Under the pieces are notes generated by a model that saw nothing but the letters and a program-made list of their open reading frames with translations, was not told where the DNA came from and did not search any database. From an uncultured virus (IMG/VR IMGVR_UViG_3300020442_002637) (taxonomy: Duplodnaviria > Heunggongvirae > Uroviricota > Caudoviricetes), in the IMG/VR virus record IMGVR_UViG_3300020442_002637: a DNA stretch of 60,958 nucleotides, one strand, 5' to 3'. Of this stretch, positions 19,159 to 28,296 are shown piece by piece (position 1 is the stretch's first letter; each line of letters starts with the position of its first letter). The translations under genes and the position numbers were made by a program.

Positions 19159-19430
19159 TATGTTTCTAACTCCTTTCTATATTTTTTTTGTTCATTTTTA
19201 ATTTTTTCTACTACAGTGTCATCAACACATGAAATCATGTGAGGTCTGTAGTCTTTTCCAAACTCAGAATATAATTTGACTAAAATTTGTCTACTATTCT
19301 GTTTTGCATAGCTTTTACACTCATTCACATTGTTGAAAGTTGGTTGAGTAAATACAAACGCCATTGGTGGTTCAAATCCTTGTGGTTGACTGTTCATTAG
19401 TGCCATTAGTGCTACTATGTAAATTTTCAT
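19158..19430 (-). CDS. Small hypothetical protein with hydrophobic N-terminus and two Cys
   Basis: MKIYIVALMAL..., F....EC...C pattern. Confidence 0.55.
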   Translation of the reverse strand: MKIYIVALMALMNSQPQGFEPPMAFVFTQPTFNNVNECKSYAKQNSRQILVKLYSEFGKDYRPHMISCVDDTVVEKIKNEQKKYRKELET

Positions 19431-20416
19431 TTGTATCTTCCATTCAATGGTTCTGCATATAATTGAGCCTGTTCACTAACACGTTGTAGATCCCATTTAG
19501 CACAGAACTTCATTAATTTCATTCCTACTTGAGTAACCTGCTTAGGGTTTTCTATTGCATTTTCAACAGTGTCTTGTATTAGATGTTTAATATTTTCTGG
19601 TTGTGCAGATAAATCACAAAGTGTTACGTTTCGATTATAATCATCAAGTACACGATGTTCTTGTCCGTTATGATCAACCCAACGTTGTAGCATCATGTTA
19701 TTCCAATTAAAGCCTTTTGTATCTTTATCTTCAAATGCTTCTTGTAATCCTACTTTGTTTCTAGTACCTTTTGTTCTTACACCAGGATAAGCACTAAACA
19801 CATTATCACTAGTATCACCCCGCATACATTTTTCAAACAACATAAATGCAGGATTAGGTGCCGCCTTAGGCTCCCCTGTCTTCTTATCAAGCACAGGTTT
19901 CTTTTTCTTGTCATCAAAGTAACCTTCGTGTGTGATAATTGTATTGCTTACACCGTTGTATTGTTTTACATTAGGTGCTATAAGTTGTGCAAAGTCACCG
20001 TCAGTGCTAACAATAACATGATTGTCTTTTGGATGGGCTTGTATCCAACCAGCAATAAGATCATCTGCTTCAAGTTCAGGATGTTGCAAAACAGAACAAT
20101 TTGTTTTTTCAGCAACAAACTGATTGAATAGATCAAATGTTTCCCAAAACAACTTATCTTCGTCTTGTTCTTTTTCAGTCAATGCAGATCTAGCTTCGCT
20201 TCTATTTCTTTTATACGGCTCATAAAAGTCTTTACGCCAACTGCGACCTTCTAAACAAAATACAACGTGACTACCGTCAAAATCATTCCATGCTTTTTTT
20301 ACACTGTTAAGTGAAATATGCAAAGCCATGCCGATCTTTGTAGTAAGGTCACCTCTTATCACATGTCTTGCACGGAAAAATGTATTTGCAGTATCTACTA
20401 ATATATAAGTTTTCAT
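19427..20416 (-). CDS. 5'-3' exonuclease / T4 RNase H-like FEN
   Basis: ILVD, WRK.FY..YK.NR, EADDLI, STDGDFAQL, GDTSDNV. Confidence 0.9.
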   Translation of the reverse strand: MKTYILVDTANTFFRARHVIRGDLTTKIGMALHISLNSVKKAWNDFDGSHVVFCLEGRSWRKDFYEPYKRNRSEARSALTEKEQDEDKLFWETFDLFNQFVAEKTNCSVLQHPELEADDLIAGWIQAHPKDNHVIVSTDGDFAQLIAPNVKQYNGVSNTIITHEGYFDDKKKKPVLDKKTGEPKAAPNPAFMLFEKCMRGDTSDNVFSAYPGVRTKGTRNKVGLQEAFEDKDTKGFNWNNMMLQRWVDHNGQEHRVLDDYNRNVTLCDLSAQPENIKHLIQDTVENAIENPKQVTQVGMKLMKFCAKWDLQRVSEQAQLYAEPLNGRYK

Positions 20417-20417
20417 T

Positions 20418-20702
20418 TTACATTCTCTGATATACAGGTTTTTGTCCTATTACATTTGGTATTTCTAAATCAGTTGTAATCTCAACTTCAGCACAAGATA
20501 CATAATCTATTTGCATATTACCAAATCTTTCTTTACCGTGTCCTAATAATCCGTTTAGCAACTTATCTTGGTAATCTTCATAAAATTGTAAACATTGATC
20601 ATAGCTTTGAAACTGTAACTGATAACTATAAAGATTTTCTGTCTTATCCGGATTGTCAATATAACTTAGAGTAGCTAGAAATATTATAGCAAAAAATTTC
20701 AT
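20418..20702 (-). CDS. Small hypothetical protein with hydrophobic N-terminus and two Cys
   Basis: MKFFAIIFLA..., FQSYDQC...C; same pattern as 19158-19430. Confidence 0.55.
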   Translation of the reverse strand: MKFFAIIFLATLSYIDNPDKTENLYSYQLQFQSYDQCLQFYEDYQDKLLNGLLGHGKERFGNMQIDYVSCAEVEITTDLEIPNVIGQKPVYQRM

Positions 20703-21088
20703 TAACTCACCTCTGATTTGTCCTTGTCTATAGGGTTTACATTAATATAACCCATTTCGCGTTGTGTGTCAAGTCCCTGTTCGTCCAAAACCTGCATTGC
20801 GATCGTCCGAAACCAAGCATCTACTATCTGTTCGTTTGTTTCACCTGAATAACCTGCATCAATCAATTGTTCGATAAACTCATTGTTCCAGTCAAGTTCA
20901 AAAAAACCGTTACGAATATTATCAGGATTGACTTGAGTATCTAGTACACCTACCCATGGTTTGCCATCTTTAGTAGCCTGATCTTTTTCTTTTTGTAGAA
21001 TATCTCTACGTTGTTCTTCATCAGACTTGGGCGTTTCTAAAATTTTAGGTTTTATACCTAAAGTAGTTTTTATTTTTTCCCAGTTCAT
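20702..21088 (-). CDS. Conserved hypothetical phage protein
   Basis: KPWV..NGFFELDWN..FI. Confidence 0.65.
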   Translation of the reverse strand: MNWEKIKTTLGIKPKILETPKSDEEQRRDILQKEKDQATKDGKPWVGVLDTQVNPDNIRNGFFELDWNNEFIEQLIDAGYSGETNEQIVDAWFRTIAMQVLDEQGLDTQREMGYINVNPIDKDKSEVS

Positions 21089-21151
21089 ATTATTCCTTTC
21101 TTCCTAAGTTCGTCAAGTCCATCTCCACTTTTATCCTGTTCTTCATATGCT

Positions 21152-22048
21152 TCATGTTCCCCAGGCGTTTCCAAAGAGACTGATGTGTAGTCTCGGCGTG
21201 AACCTCCAACCTTTTTCCATACAGATGTTAGCCACCTCTTGAACGTTAAGGTTGTATTCTTCACTGCGACCACCCAACGGCATAAGATAGACTGGACATT
21301 CAATGCCAGCGGCTTTATACTCTGCGACAGCCTTACCAGCTTCTTCGATATCAGTTCTATCAGCAACAACAAACTTAAGATACATAATGCTACCACCCAC
21401 ATCAGCATAATCCCTAGCCACTTCAGGCTTGATAGCAGTTTTCCAAGGTTCTCCACTAACAGAGAGTTTTGGGGAACAACTCCAAGTGATTTCAAATCGG
21501 TCTTGATTCTGTAAATAATCCTTGAACTCTCCGTGAAGAAGTTGTGTAGTATTTGTTTCAAATGTAACATTTTTTAGATCTCCCATTTTAGGATGTTCAA
21601 ATAATTCAATATAAAGTCTTTGCCATCCAAGCAGAGGTTCTCCCCCTGTCATTATTAAATGTATATCTTGTCCATTATCTTGCACCCATTTGCCGTTTGG
21701 AGTAAGGCTTAACAAGTGTTCTACTACATCATCTACTTCTTTAAGCATGTTATAGTGTTTAAATTCAGGATAGATACTTGCATAAGTATCACATCCTGTA
21801 TGTATAATGGGCAAGTCGTTAAATTCTTTTGTATCTTTATGCACATTTTTATCAAGTAAGTCTTGTACTTCTTGATTGTGTTTTGTGCCAGCCTTTTGTT
21901 TTTCATCTCGCATAGGCTCGCCACGATCTAATCCAAAGTTCATACAACGGAAGTTACAACCGAAAGTACGTAGAAATACACTTGGTACTCCTACGAATCT
22001 TCCTTCTCCTTGTACAGAGTAGAATGCTTCAGAATATCTAAGTTTCAT
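21152..22048 (-). CDS. queE: 7-carboxy-7-deazaguanine synthase (radical SAM)
   Basis: EAFYSVQGEG..G.PSVFLRTFGCNFRC...GCDT (long insertion before third Cys), TGGEPL, ETN, SPK, RLH. Confidence 0.9.
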   Translation of the reverse strand: MKLRYSEAFYSVQGEGRFVGVPSVFLRTFGCNFRCMNFGLDRGEPMRDEKQKAGTKHNQEVQDLLDKNVHKDTKEFNDLPIIHTGCDTYASIYPEFKHYNMLKEVDDVVEHLLSLTPNGKWVQDNGQDIHLIMTGGEPLLGWQRLYIELFEHPKMGDLKNVTFETNTTQLLHGEFKDYLQNQDRFEITWSCSPKLSVSGEPWKTAIKPEVARDYADVGGSIMYLKFVVADRTDIEEAGKAVAEYKAAGIECPVYLMPLGGRSEEYNLNVQEVANICMEKGWRFTPRLHISLFGNAWGT

Positions 22049-22296
22049 TACACAATCTCCTCAACTATTCCTAGTACTTCAGCTAAGAATAAAATACCTC
22101 CTGAGATCATTATTACTAATCCGGCATCTGCTATAAAGATATCTGTGTAATTATTAGCTGACCACAAAATGTATCCAGCATAACCTAGCATAGTTGAAGC
22201 CGCAAATCTAAAAATACTTTTTACTATACTTACTGCAAAGTGTCCAAGTCCTGGATCTTTACTTGCAGGAACAATAATTTTTTCTGGTATTGGCAT
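22048..22296 (-). CDS. Small membrane protein
   Basis: Two hydrophobic helices; start MPIPEK after GGAGG. Confidence 0.6.
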   Translation of the reverse strand: MPIPEKIIVPASKDPGLGHFAVSIVKSIFRFAASTMLGYAGYILWSANNYTDIFIADAGLVIMISGGILFLAEVLGIVEEIV

Positions 22297-22304
22297 ATTT
22301 CCTC

Positions 22305-22994
22305 CTATTTTCCACAAGCAAATTCTTGTTGAAGTTTAATATTATCCATGAACTCTTTCTTAGTGCCCATGTCTTCATTGAAAGCACCACGTAGTACAGT
22401 TGTCTGTGTTAAACTACTGTGAGCACCGATGCCTCTATTTTCACAACAACCATGTGTCGCTTGTAAATACACACCAACATTAGAACTACCAGTTGCTTTT
22501 TGTATTTCGTTAGCAATTACGTTGTTAAGTTCTTCTTGTAGTGTTCCACGTCTAGCACACCATTGTGCAATACGTGTATACTTGGAAAGTCCAATAAGTG
22601 TATTTGCGGCAATGATACCAATGTATGCTACACCATTTACTGGTTGATGATGATGCGAACACATACTTTTTATTTCGCTTCGCACTACCAACATGCCTTT
22701 GTAACCATCATCTACATGGTTAGGAAAAGCAGTAGCATTAGGCATTGGATCATATCTCCCTGCCATTATCTCATTGAAATACATTTTAGCCAGGCGTCTA
22801 CCAGTATCCTTACTGTTAGGATCGTTATGCCTATCAATTATCAAGCTATCTAAAACTTGTTCAAATTTTTGTGTTGCCTCTTCAATTAGCTGTTCTTTGT
22901 CGCCTTGTTGTAAGACTTCGGAAATGTTGTCACCTGCCCAATAGCGGATGCCAGCATCTTGTAGTCTTGTAATAATTTCTTTACTTTTGCTCAT
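22305..22994 (-). CDS. folE: GTP cyclohydrolase I
   Basis: T.RRLAKMY, SMCSHH, IGLSKY.R, LQEEL, HGCCENRG. Confidence 0.95.
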   Translation of the reverse strand: MSKSKEIITRLQDAGIRYWAGDNISEVLQQGDKEQLIEEATQKFEQVLDSLIIDRHNDPNSKDTGRRLAKMYFNEIMAGRYDPMPNATAFPNHVDDGYKGMLVVRSEIKSMCSHHHQPVNGVAYIGIIAANTLIGLSKYTRIAQWCARRGTLQEELNNVIANEIQKATGSSNVGVYLQATHGCCENRGIGAHSSLTQTTVLRGAFNEDMGTKKEFMDNIKLQQEFACGK

Positions 22995-23038
22995 TTTTCA
23001 TACTCCGAGTTATAGACGTGGATGTCTATTATGTTGTT

Positions 23039-23067
23039 ATTATACATGTTATTTAGGCGATTGTCAA
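23039..23067 (-). promoter_or_regulatory. Consensus sigma70 promoter for folE-queE
   Basis: TTGACA-17-TATAAT; a 9-bp inverted repeat (23053-23061/23078-23086) flanks the -35. Confidence 0.8.
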
Positions 23068-23122
23068 GTAAAAAACTATCGCCTAAGTATAATTCTTTGT
23101 AGTTACGTTTTTTGGTTATCAC

Positions 23123-23338
23123 TTATTCTTTTTCATTGAAGTATTTTTCCAACATAGATAACCTATCATCAGCCGCCGCTAGTTTGTTTAGTTCTTCAAT
23201 CACTGCTTCAGTAACATCAGAATGCTCACCAATTCCTGCTGGCATAGTTTGGTAAACTTTAATGTTGGCAATATGCACTGCTACTTCACCTTCTGCCTGC
23301 TTTCTAGCCGCCTCGATCAATGCTTCTCCTGGTTTCAT
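23123..23338 (-). CDS. Small conserved phage protein
   Basis: GIGEHSD..E.V..E motif. Confidence 0.6.
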   Translation of the reverse strand: MKPGEALIEAARKQAEGEVAVHIANIKVYQTMPAGIGEHSDVTEAVIEELNKLAAADDRLSMLEKYFNEKE

Positions 23339-23691
23339 TCATCACTCTCCTTACTTGTTAGGTAATTTCCTTTACTAGGAATTACGTTTCTGACCCCACC
23401 TCTGGGATCCTCTATATCCCCTTTTCTACGGGGAATCAGATGTACATGAGGATACATTACTGTTTGTCCTGCGGCCTCACCTACATTTTGTCCTATATTA
23501 AATCCATCACATATTTTATTCTGCACCCAATCATACCCCCATCCGTAAGCGGCTTTGTAACAATAGGCTAAGCATTCCCATGTTTCGTTTTTAGGTACAA
23601 ACAATAAATGTCCTTCTGTTACTGGATATCCATCTTTGTATACTGTGTAATGTTTTGTTTCTATTACTATTTCAGTCCAAGGTGTTTTCAT
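23335..23691 (-). CDS. HIT-family nucleotide hydrolase
   Basis: YPVTEGHLL.VPK, GFNIG.N.GEAAGQTV, PHVHLIPRR.GD. Confidence 0.9.
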   Translation of the reverse strand: MKTPWTEIVIETKHYTVYKDGYPVTEGHLLFVPKNETWECLAYCYKAAYGWGYDWVQNKICDGFNIGQNVGEAAGQTVMYPHVHLIPRRKGDIEDPRGGVRNVIPSKGNYLTSKESDE

Positions 23692-23693
23692 AA

Positions 23694-24014
23694 TTAAACT
23701 CCAAAATAATATCTTACTATGCCGGTTGCAAATATAAAAACTGCTATACCATTAATAAAGACCAAAGCTCTATCATGCCAAAGCATACCAACTATTCCCC
23801 AACCTATTACACCTATTAAATGAAAAAATAAGTTGTATGGTTCTGCACCACCTGCACTTGTTAATATCATTCCTATAAGAATAATAAAACTTGAACTCCA
23901 TTTAACATACCAACTTAAATCGCCTTTTGGTGTTACTTTTTTAAAAACACGGGTACTATTAAGTTCTTTTATTTTTTCATCTAGTTTTTTATACGTTGAC
24001 TTCTTCTCTGACAT
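23694..24014 (-). CDS. Small three-helix membrane protein
   Basis: WYVKW, three hydrophobic segments, WHDRAL. Confidence 0.6.
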   Translation of the reverse strand: MSEKKSTYKKLDEKIKELNSTRVFKKVTPKGDLSWYVKWSSSFIILIGMILTSAGGAEPYNLFFHLIGVIGWGIVGMLWHDRALVFINGIAVFIFATGIVRYYFGV

Positions 24015-24381
24015 ATCTCTGTAACTCGTGGTCTCCTATATTTTCTGGTATATTGTTTTTATAAAAAATTTCATAACTATCAGAGCCATACTTGCCTATA
24101 CCATACAAGTCAGAAGCATCTTTTCCGTCCCAATTCATAAAGTCCTGAGTCATTCTAAAAAGTCTTTTTGTCCGTACATTTTTCATTCCTAACGGTGAAA
24201 TCATTTCTTGCACTTCATTGAAATCTGCAAGTAAAAATAATTCAGGTGTAGGGTACTTGTCAAACAACAAAGGTAACACTGCTTTTACTTGTTTACGGCC
24301 TGTTTGGTTTAAGCAAATGACACCAACCATATGTTGCCATTTGTTCTTAACCTGTTGTTGTACCATTAAATCATCTCTCAT
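23989..24381 (-). CDS. HhH-GPD superfamily glycosylase-like protein (MBD4-like)
   Basis: ICLNQT, KYPTPE, PLGM..VR..RL, LYGIGKYGSDSYEIF, DHEL. Confidence 0.85.
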   Translation of the reverse strand: MRDDLMVQQQVKNKWQHMVGVICLNQTGRKQVKAVLPLLFDKYPTPELFLLADFNEVQEMISPLGMKNVRTKRLFRMTQDFMNWDGKDASDLYGIGKYGSDSYEIFYKNNIPENIGDHELQRYVREEVNV

Positions 24382-24520
24382 CTTTTTCCTTAATATGTTT
24401 ATAATCTAAATATTGTGAACACCATTCGTAAAAAGCACGATCAGTATCTGGCCAACACTCTGCAAAAATTGTATCCTTTCTATGCTCATTGTATTCTTTA
24501 CGAACTTCTTTTTCTGTCAT
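24371..24520 (-). CDS. Unannotated 49-aa protein
   Basis: MTEKEVRKEY...KEKDER* fills the gap between coupled genes. Confidence 0.55.
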   Translation of the reverse strand: MTEKEVRKEYNEHRKDTIFAECWPDTDRAFYEWCSQYLDYKHIKEKDER

Positions 24521-24521
24521 T

Positions 24522-25055
24522 TTATTCATATGTTGCAATATTTTCCCAAGGATATACTAACCAAACATCCTTTTCTGCTTTGTTTACTTCATGACAAGAA
24601 TAATGAACTTTAAATTTAAAATCACTTGCTAAATTATCAGTAATTACTGCAAATCTCACATTTTCGCACCATACATTTCGCCAATGAGTATCATTAGGTA
24701 AGCAGGAACTTTCCCAGTCATTTACAATCCAATTAAATGTAGCACCAGTATCATTAATATCGTCAACAATTAGAATATTCTTTCCTTGACCGCCACTGTC
24801 CGAATTTGGATACCCAAATGCATCTTCAGCCATCCAACAAGCACTATCGTTATGACTACCGTCGTCACGTAAACTAACTTTTAATGCTTCACATCTAATA
24901 CCAGTTATGTTACTAATAATGGTTGCAGGTACATTACCACCTCTTGTAATACCAACAATATAATCTGGTCGCCAATTATCTTTGTACATTTGATTTACAA
25001 TTGATATAGAACATTTTTCTATATCGTTCCAAGTATAAAAATGTTTATTAATCAT
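24522..25055 (-). CDS. Type I purine phosphoribosyltransferase-like protein
   Basis: IVGITRGG, PRPP loop ILIVDDINDTGAT, WLVYPWE. Confidence 0.9.
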   Translation of the reverse strand: MINKHFYTWNDIEKCSISIVNQMYKDNWRPDYIVGITRGGNVPATIISNITGIRCEALKVSLRDDGSHNDSACWMAEDAFGYPNSDSGGQGKNILIVDDINDTGATFNWIVNDWESSCLPNDTHWRNVWCENVRFAVITDNLASDFKFKVHYSCHEVNKAEKDVWLVYPWENIATYE

Positions 25056-25528
25056 TTATTCTCCCTGAGATATTTTTCGTTATGAATCCATCTGTAGCCT
25101 TGGAATTGAATCCAATCTACAAAACCCCATTCTTTGCATTTCCGACCCATAAAGAAAATGCTTGTGCAAGGTATTTCATTTCCGTTTTCATCTTTTTCTA
25201 ATTCTAACCAATGAAGATCTTTTGCTTTTCTAAATCTAATATGTCCTGGACCACGCCATTCTTTAGTACTTCCTACAACATTTCCCTCTTGTGATATTAC
25301 AGGTATATGTTCCCAATAACCTCCAGATACTATCATAGCACCCCAGTTCCAAGGATGATCATGTAATACAGGTTTATCGCTTTTTAATACTTTATGAACA
25401 GTGATGTTAAAAGGAAATTTTTTTCTATCTTTAAGAAACACATAGTATCTAATGAGATAAGGTTCTTTACTTTCTCTATCTCGAATTACTCTACGTCTGC
25501 CAAGTTTATCCATAATTTTAGAAATCAT
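25052..25528 (-). CDS. Cupin-like conserved phage protein
   Basis: PYLIRY, LHDHPW, GGYWE, HWLEL, WGF. Confidence 0.65.
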   Translation of the reverse strand: MISKIMDKLGRRRVIRDRESKEPYLIRYYVFLKDRKKFPFNITVHKVLKSDKPVLHDHPWNWGAMIVSGGYWEHIPVISQEGNVVGSTKEWRGPGHIRFRKAKDLHWLELEKDENGNEIPCTSIFFMGRKCKEWGFVDWIQFQGYRWIHNEKYLRENK

Positions 25529-25850
25529 AATATTTAGGATCCTGACTATAATGATCTTTCCAATCGTTATCACTAACTTTTACTGCATATTCATCTTTGC
25601 ATAAATCATAAAAAGATTTGAAAGTCTTCCATGCTTTATCTAAAGCAGGATATTCTGCCGCCATATCTTCTATGCGATCAATATCTAATGTCTTATTTTT
25701 GTAATCGGTAAGGGTGATTGTGTTAGTGTCAGTAGTAGAAAAATCAAATGACAGTTGATCTTCTTCAGTGATCAAATCACCTATATTTACAGTAAATGTT
25801 TGTTCTGTATCGAAATTGTCGTTTAATGTAATTTTGTAATCATCATTCAT
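25518..25850 (-). CDS. Hypothetical protein
   Basis: Coupled ORF; YPALDKAW. Confidence 0.55.
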   Translation of the reverse strand: MNDDYKITLNDNFDTEQTFTVNIGDLITEEDQLSFDFSTTDTNTITLTDYKNKTLDIDRIEDMAAEYPALDKAWKTFKSFYDLCKDEYAVKVSDNDWKDHYSQDPKYYDF

Positions 25851-26910
25851 GTCCTATTTCCTCATATAATGCTTTTCCAGAAAAGAAATCTTTTTTAAGT
25901 TTTTTTACTTGTTTTTCTAATGCTACAAGAAAATCATCATAGTTTTCCATATATTCAACAATTTGTTTTACAACTTTTGCTTTATGGAATCTATAATTTT
26001 CGAATGATGTAGTCCATTCGCTTGGATATTTAAATTCTGGTAATGCCATTTCACTGTAACTTAGTCTATCTGGAACCATAGGTAAAGCACCTACTAGAGC
26101 TCCTTCATACCAACTTATGCCAAGTGTTTCTTGTAGATTAGCACTGAATACCAATTTTGCTTCTCCTAGCAAATTATGATATTCAATTTTTGAAAGTGGT
26201 CTTTCTTGACACACAACAAATTCATATTGTGGTAATTGATTTTGAAGATCACTAAAAATTTCTAATTGTTTTTCTGGAGCAATTCTATGAGGGAAAAGTA
26301 TTAGATTACGTTTTTCCATACCTTTGTATGGAACAAGTGAGTCTGCCAAATACTCCATAGGCCAACCTACACGGTTTATTTTTGAGTCATTCTGAATATA
26401 ACCATATGGCTCAAAAGCAAATGCTTTTTTAAACATATCTATATGAAACTCTGTTGCAAAAAAGTTATCATCATAAGTTTCAAACATGCTTTGCTCAGCA
26501 TGTCTCACCCAAGGTTTGTCGCCTATCAATCTTCCCAAGAAGTCGTGTGGATCATAACTACCAGCATGCCACAACCCGCCAACGCGAATGTTAACACCCA
26601 ATAGTTCTGCCATGTAACGTAATTGTATAACTGTAGGATTCCAAGCATCAGTGTACAAAAAATAGTCACCGTCTTGGATTTTCCCGGCACAAAACATTTC
26701 ACCAATTTGAGCAAGTTGATTGCTTTTGTAAACATTTGTACCTCCAAAGTTTAGAAACGCCCCAGGAGTTGTAGCCTGAGGTGTTTCTCCACCGCTAATT
26801 ACAACAACTTCATTATTAGTAGATCGACGCAGTTGCTTAGGAAGGTATTCCTTCCATTGTTTGGTATAACGGGTGTCAACTGCTTCTATATCTACTACAT
26901 AAATTGTCAT
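25843..26910 (-). CDS. GT-B fold glycosyltransferase
   Basis: ILFPHRIAPEKQ, EAKLVFSANLQETLGISWYEG..G.LPMVPDRLSYSE. Confidence 0.8.
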   Translation of the reverse strand: MTIYVVDIEAVDTRYTKQWKEYLPKQLRRSTNNEVVVISGGETPQATTPGAFLNFGGTNVYKSNQLAQIGEMFCAGKIQDGDYFLYTDAWNPTVIQLRYMAELLGVNIRVGGLWHAGSYDPHDFLGRLIGDKPWVRHAEQSMFETYDDNFFATEFHIDMFKKAFAFEPYGYIQNDSKINRVGWPMEYLADSLVPYKGMEKRNLILFPHRIAPEKQLEIFSDLQNQLPQYEFVVCQERPLSKIEYHNLLGEAKLVFSANLQETLGISWYEGALVGALPMVPDRLSYSEMALPEFKYPSEWTTSFENYRFHKAKVVKQIVEYMENYDDFLVALEKQVKKLKKDFFSGKALYEEIGHE

Positions 26911-27098
26911 TAATTAAGCCTTTTTAATTTATTTTTTTTCTTTTGGGTTCTGCGCCAAGCCATATAGCTTTCCCAAATTCTATCACCTTTCTTGTAAAGG
27001 CTAGCTTCACGAAAGGGTTTACCTTCGTATCTACAATAATCTCGAAACGAGTCGAGATCGTCAAAAATTTTCCTAATCAAAGGATCTTTGATTGCCAT
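26910..27098 (-). CDS. Small conserved phage protein
   Basis: IFDDLD.FRDYCR..G.PF.EA.LY. Confidence 0.55.
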   Translation of the reverse strand: MAIKDPLIRKIFDDLDSFRDYCRYEGKPFREASLYKKGDRIWESYMAWRRTQKKKNKLKRLN

Positions 27099-27118
27099 TG
27101 TTCTTCCTTTTAGCAATA

Positions 27119-27619
27119 TCATTGTGGTTTAGGGTAAAAAATCGAACAGCCATTTTCGCCGTCCTCGGCCACGTCAATTTCTACAAATCGGCCGGGGTAT
27201 TTTGCAGAAATTTCATTGTACAAATCATCTGCAATCATTTCACATGATTTGTAATCTAACTCAAGTGTTCCTTCATATAAACTTTCTAACCAACGTTTAA
27301 ATTGAATGAACTCAATATCCCTGTCATTATGTGTGACCTGGATTCTTACTTTAAAATGAAAAATATGACGGTGTGGATAACCTAAAAAACTCACATCATA
27401 TTCATCTCCAGTTGCAAGTGCTGGATCTTCTAGTGCCGCAGGATATTTATGGATACCTTCTTTACGGAAAGTTACCCAAATACTTCTGTCAGCATTTGTC
27501 ATAACATTTTCCTGTGCAACTTTTGCATCTTCTTCTCTCATCATACGTAACATACCTTCATAGTATCTTTCATTGTTTGTATTAATATTAACTTCATTTG
27601 ATGACTTTGTCAAGTCCAT
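27119..27619 (-). CDS. dpdL: QueD-like T-fold protein with DpdL signature (putative CDG decarboxylase)
   Basis: LGYPHRHIF matches LxxxHRHxF; EGIH, RDIEF, SCEMIA, EDGENG; lacks QueD CxxxHGH; start uncertain. Confidence 0.7.
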   Translation of the reverse strand: MDLTKSSNEVNINTNNERYYEGMLRMMREEDAKVAQENVMTNADRSIWVTFRKEGIHKYPAALEDPALATGDEYDVSFLGYPHRHIFHFKVRIQVTHNDRDIEFIQFKRWLESLYEGTLELDYKSCEMIADDLYNEISAKYPGRFVEIDVAEDGENGCSIFYPKPQ

Positions 27620-28121
27620 AATCTGTCCAATCTGTAAATTTTTTCCTATCCATTAAATCATGCAAACTATGAGTCCAAATACCTGGATTAGTTTTATTAA
27701 ATCCTTTATCGTCTATTTTTAGCATAGTATTATAATTCCATTGTTCAATATACGGTAATGGAACCCGTATTTGTGGAATGAAGTTGGCAAATTCAACACA
27801 GGTGCCTTCTAAAAAATCTTCAGCGGCATTTAATGGAATATCTAAACTGCATTTGTAATCCTCTTTCAAAAAAACAGCAATCATATTTTCCCACTCATTA
27901 TAATAATCTGCATCGTGATTTTGCGAAGCAGGATCAAAACTGTGATTAGCACCAAAGAATAGGTGCTTTATATCATTATGAATGTGTTCTTTAATTTGTT
28001 CGATGCTTTGTAAGCCAACGACAAACAGTGTTTTCATACCATAGGCTGGAGTTTTTTCGATCTCTGTACCTATAAAGAACGTAATATTTTTTCTTGCACC
28101 GTCTTTATATTTTCTTTCCAT
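27594..28121 (-). CDS. Conserved hypothetical protein of the deazaguanine locus
   Basis: FFIG.E.EKTPAYG.KTLFVVG, HLFFGANHSF, KIDD..F..TNPG.W. Confidence 0.65.
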   Translation of the reverse strand: MERKYKDGARKNITFFIGTEIEKTPAYGMKTLFVVGLQSIEQIKEHIHNDIKHLFFGANHSFDPASQNHDADYYNEWENMIAVFLKEDYKCSLDIPLNAAEDFLEGTCVEFANFIPQIRVPLPYIEQWNYNTMLKIDDKGFNKTNPGIWTHSLHDLMDRKKFTDWTDYGLDKVIK

Positions 28122-28296
28122 TTTGTATTTGGTCCTTAGCCGCTAACTTTTGTTTTTTTAATTTTACTAAATGTTCTTTCGTAGTCCAACTACGATCATA
28201 GTTTCTTTCTTTTTCTACTTGTTCTACTTTCTTGTGAAAGTAATCATGCATATTTTGTAAACGTTTTGCTTTTTTTGTTTGTCTACCTGTCGCCAT
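28105..28296 (-). CDS. Small coiled-coil protein (DUF465-like)
   Basis: LKKQKL..KDQI. Confidence 0.5.
   Translation of the reverse strand: MATGRQTKKAKRLQNMHDYFHKKVEQVEKERNYDRSWTTKEHLVKLKKQKLAAKDQIQNGKKI

Noticed and set aside
21085..21570. 161-aa minus-strand ORF overlapping queE
   Set aside because: Mostly an alternative frame of queE with no RBS or motif; only its tail is kept as a weak finding.
27119..27619. Calling this gene queD
   Set aside because: It lacks the CxxxHGH motif and carries LxxxHRHxF instead; true QueD is presumably elsewhere or supplied by the host.
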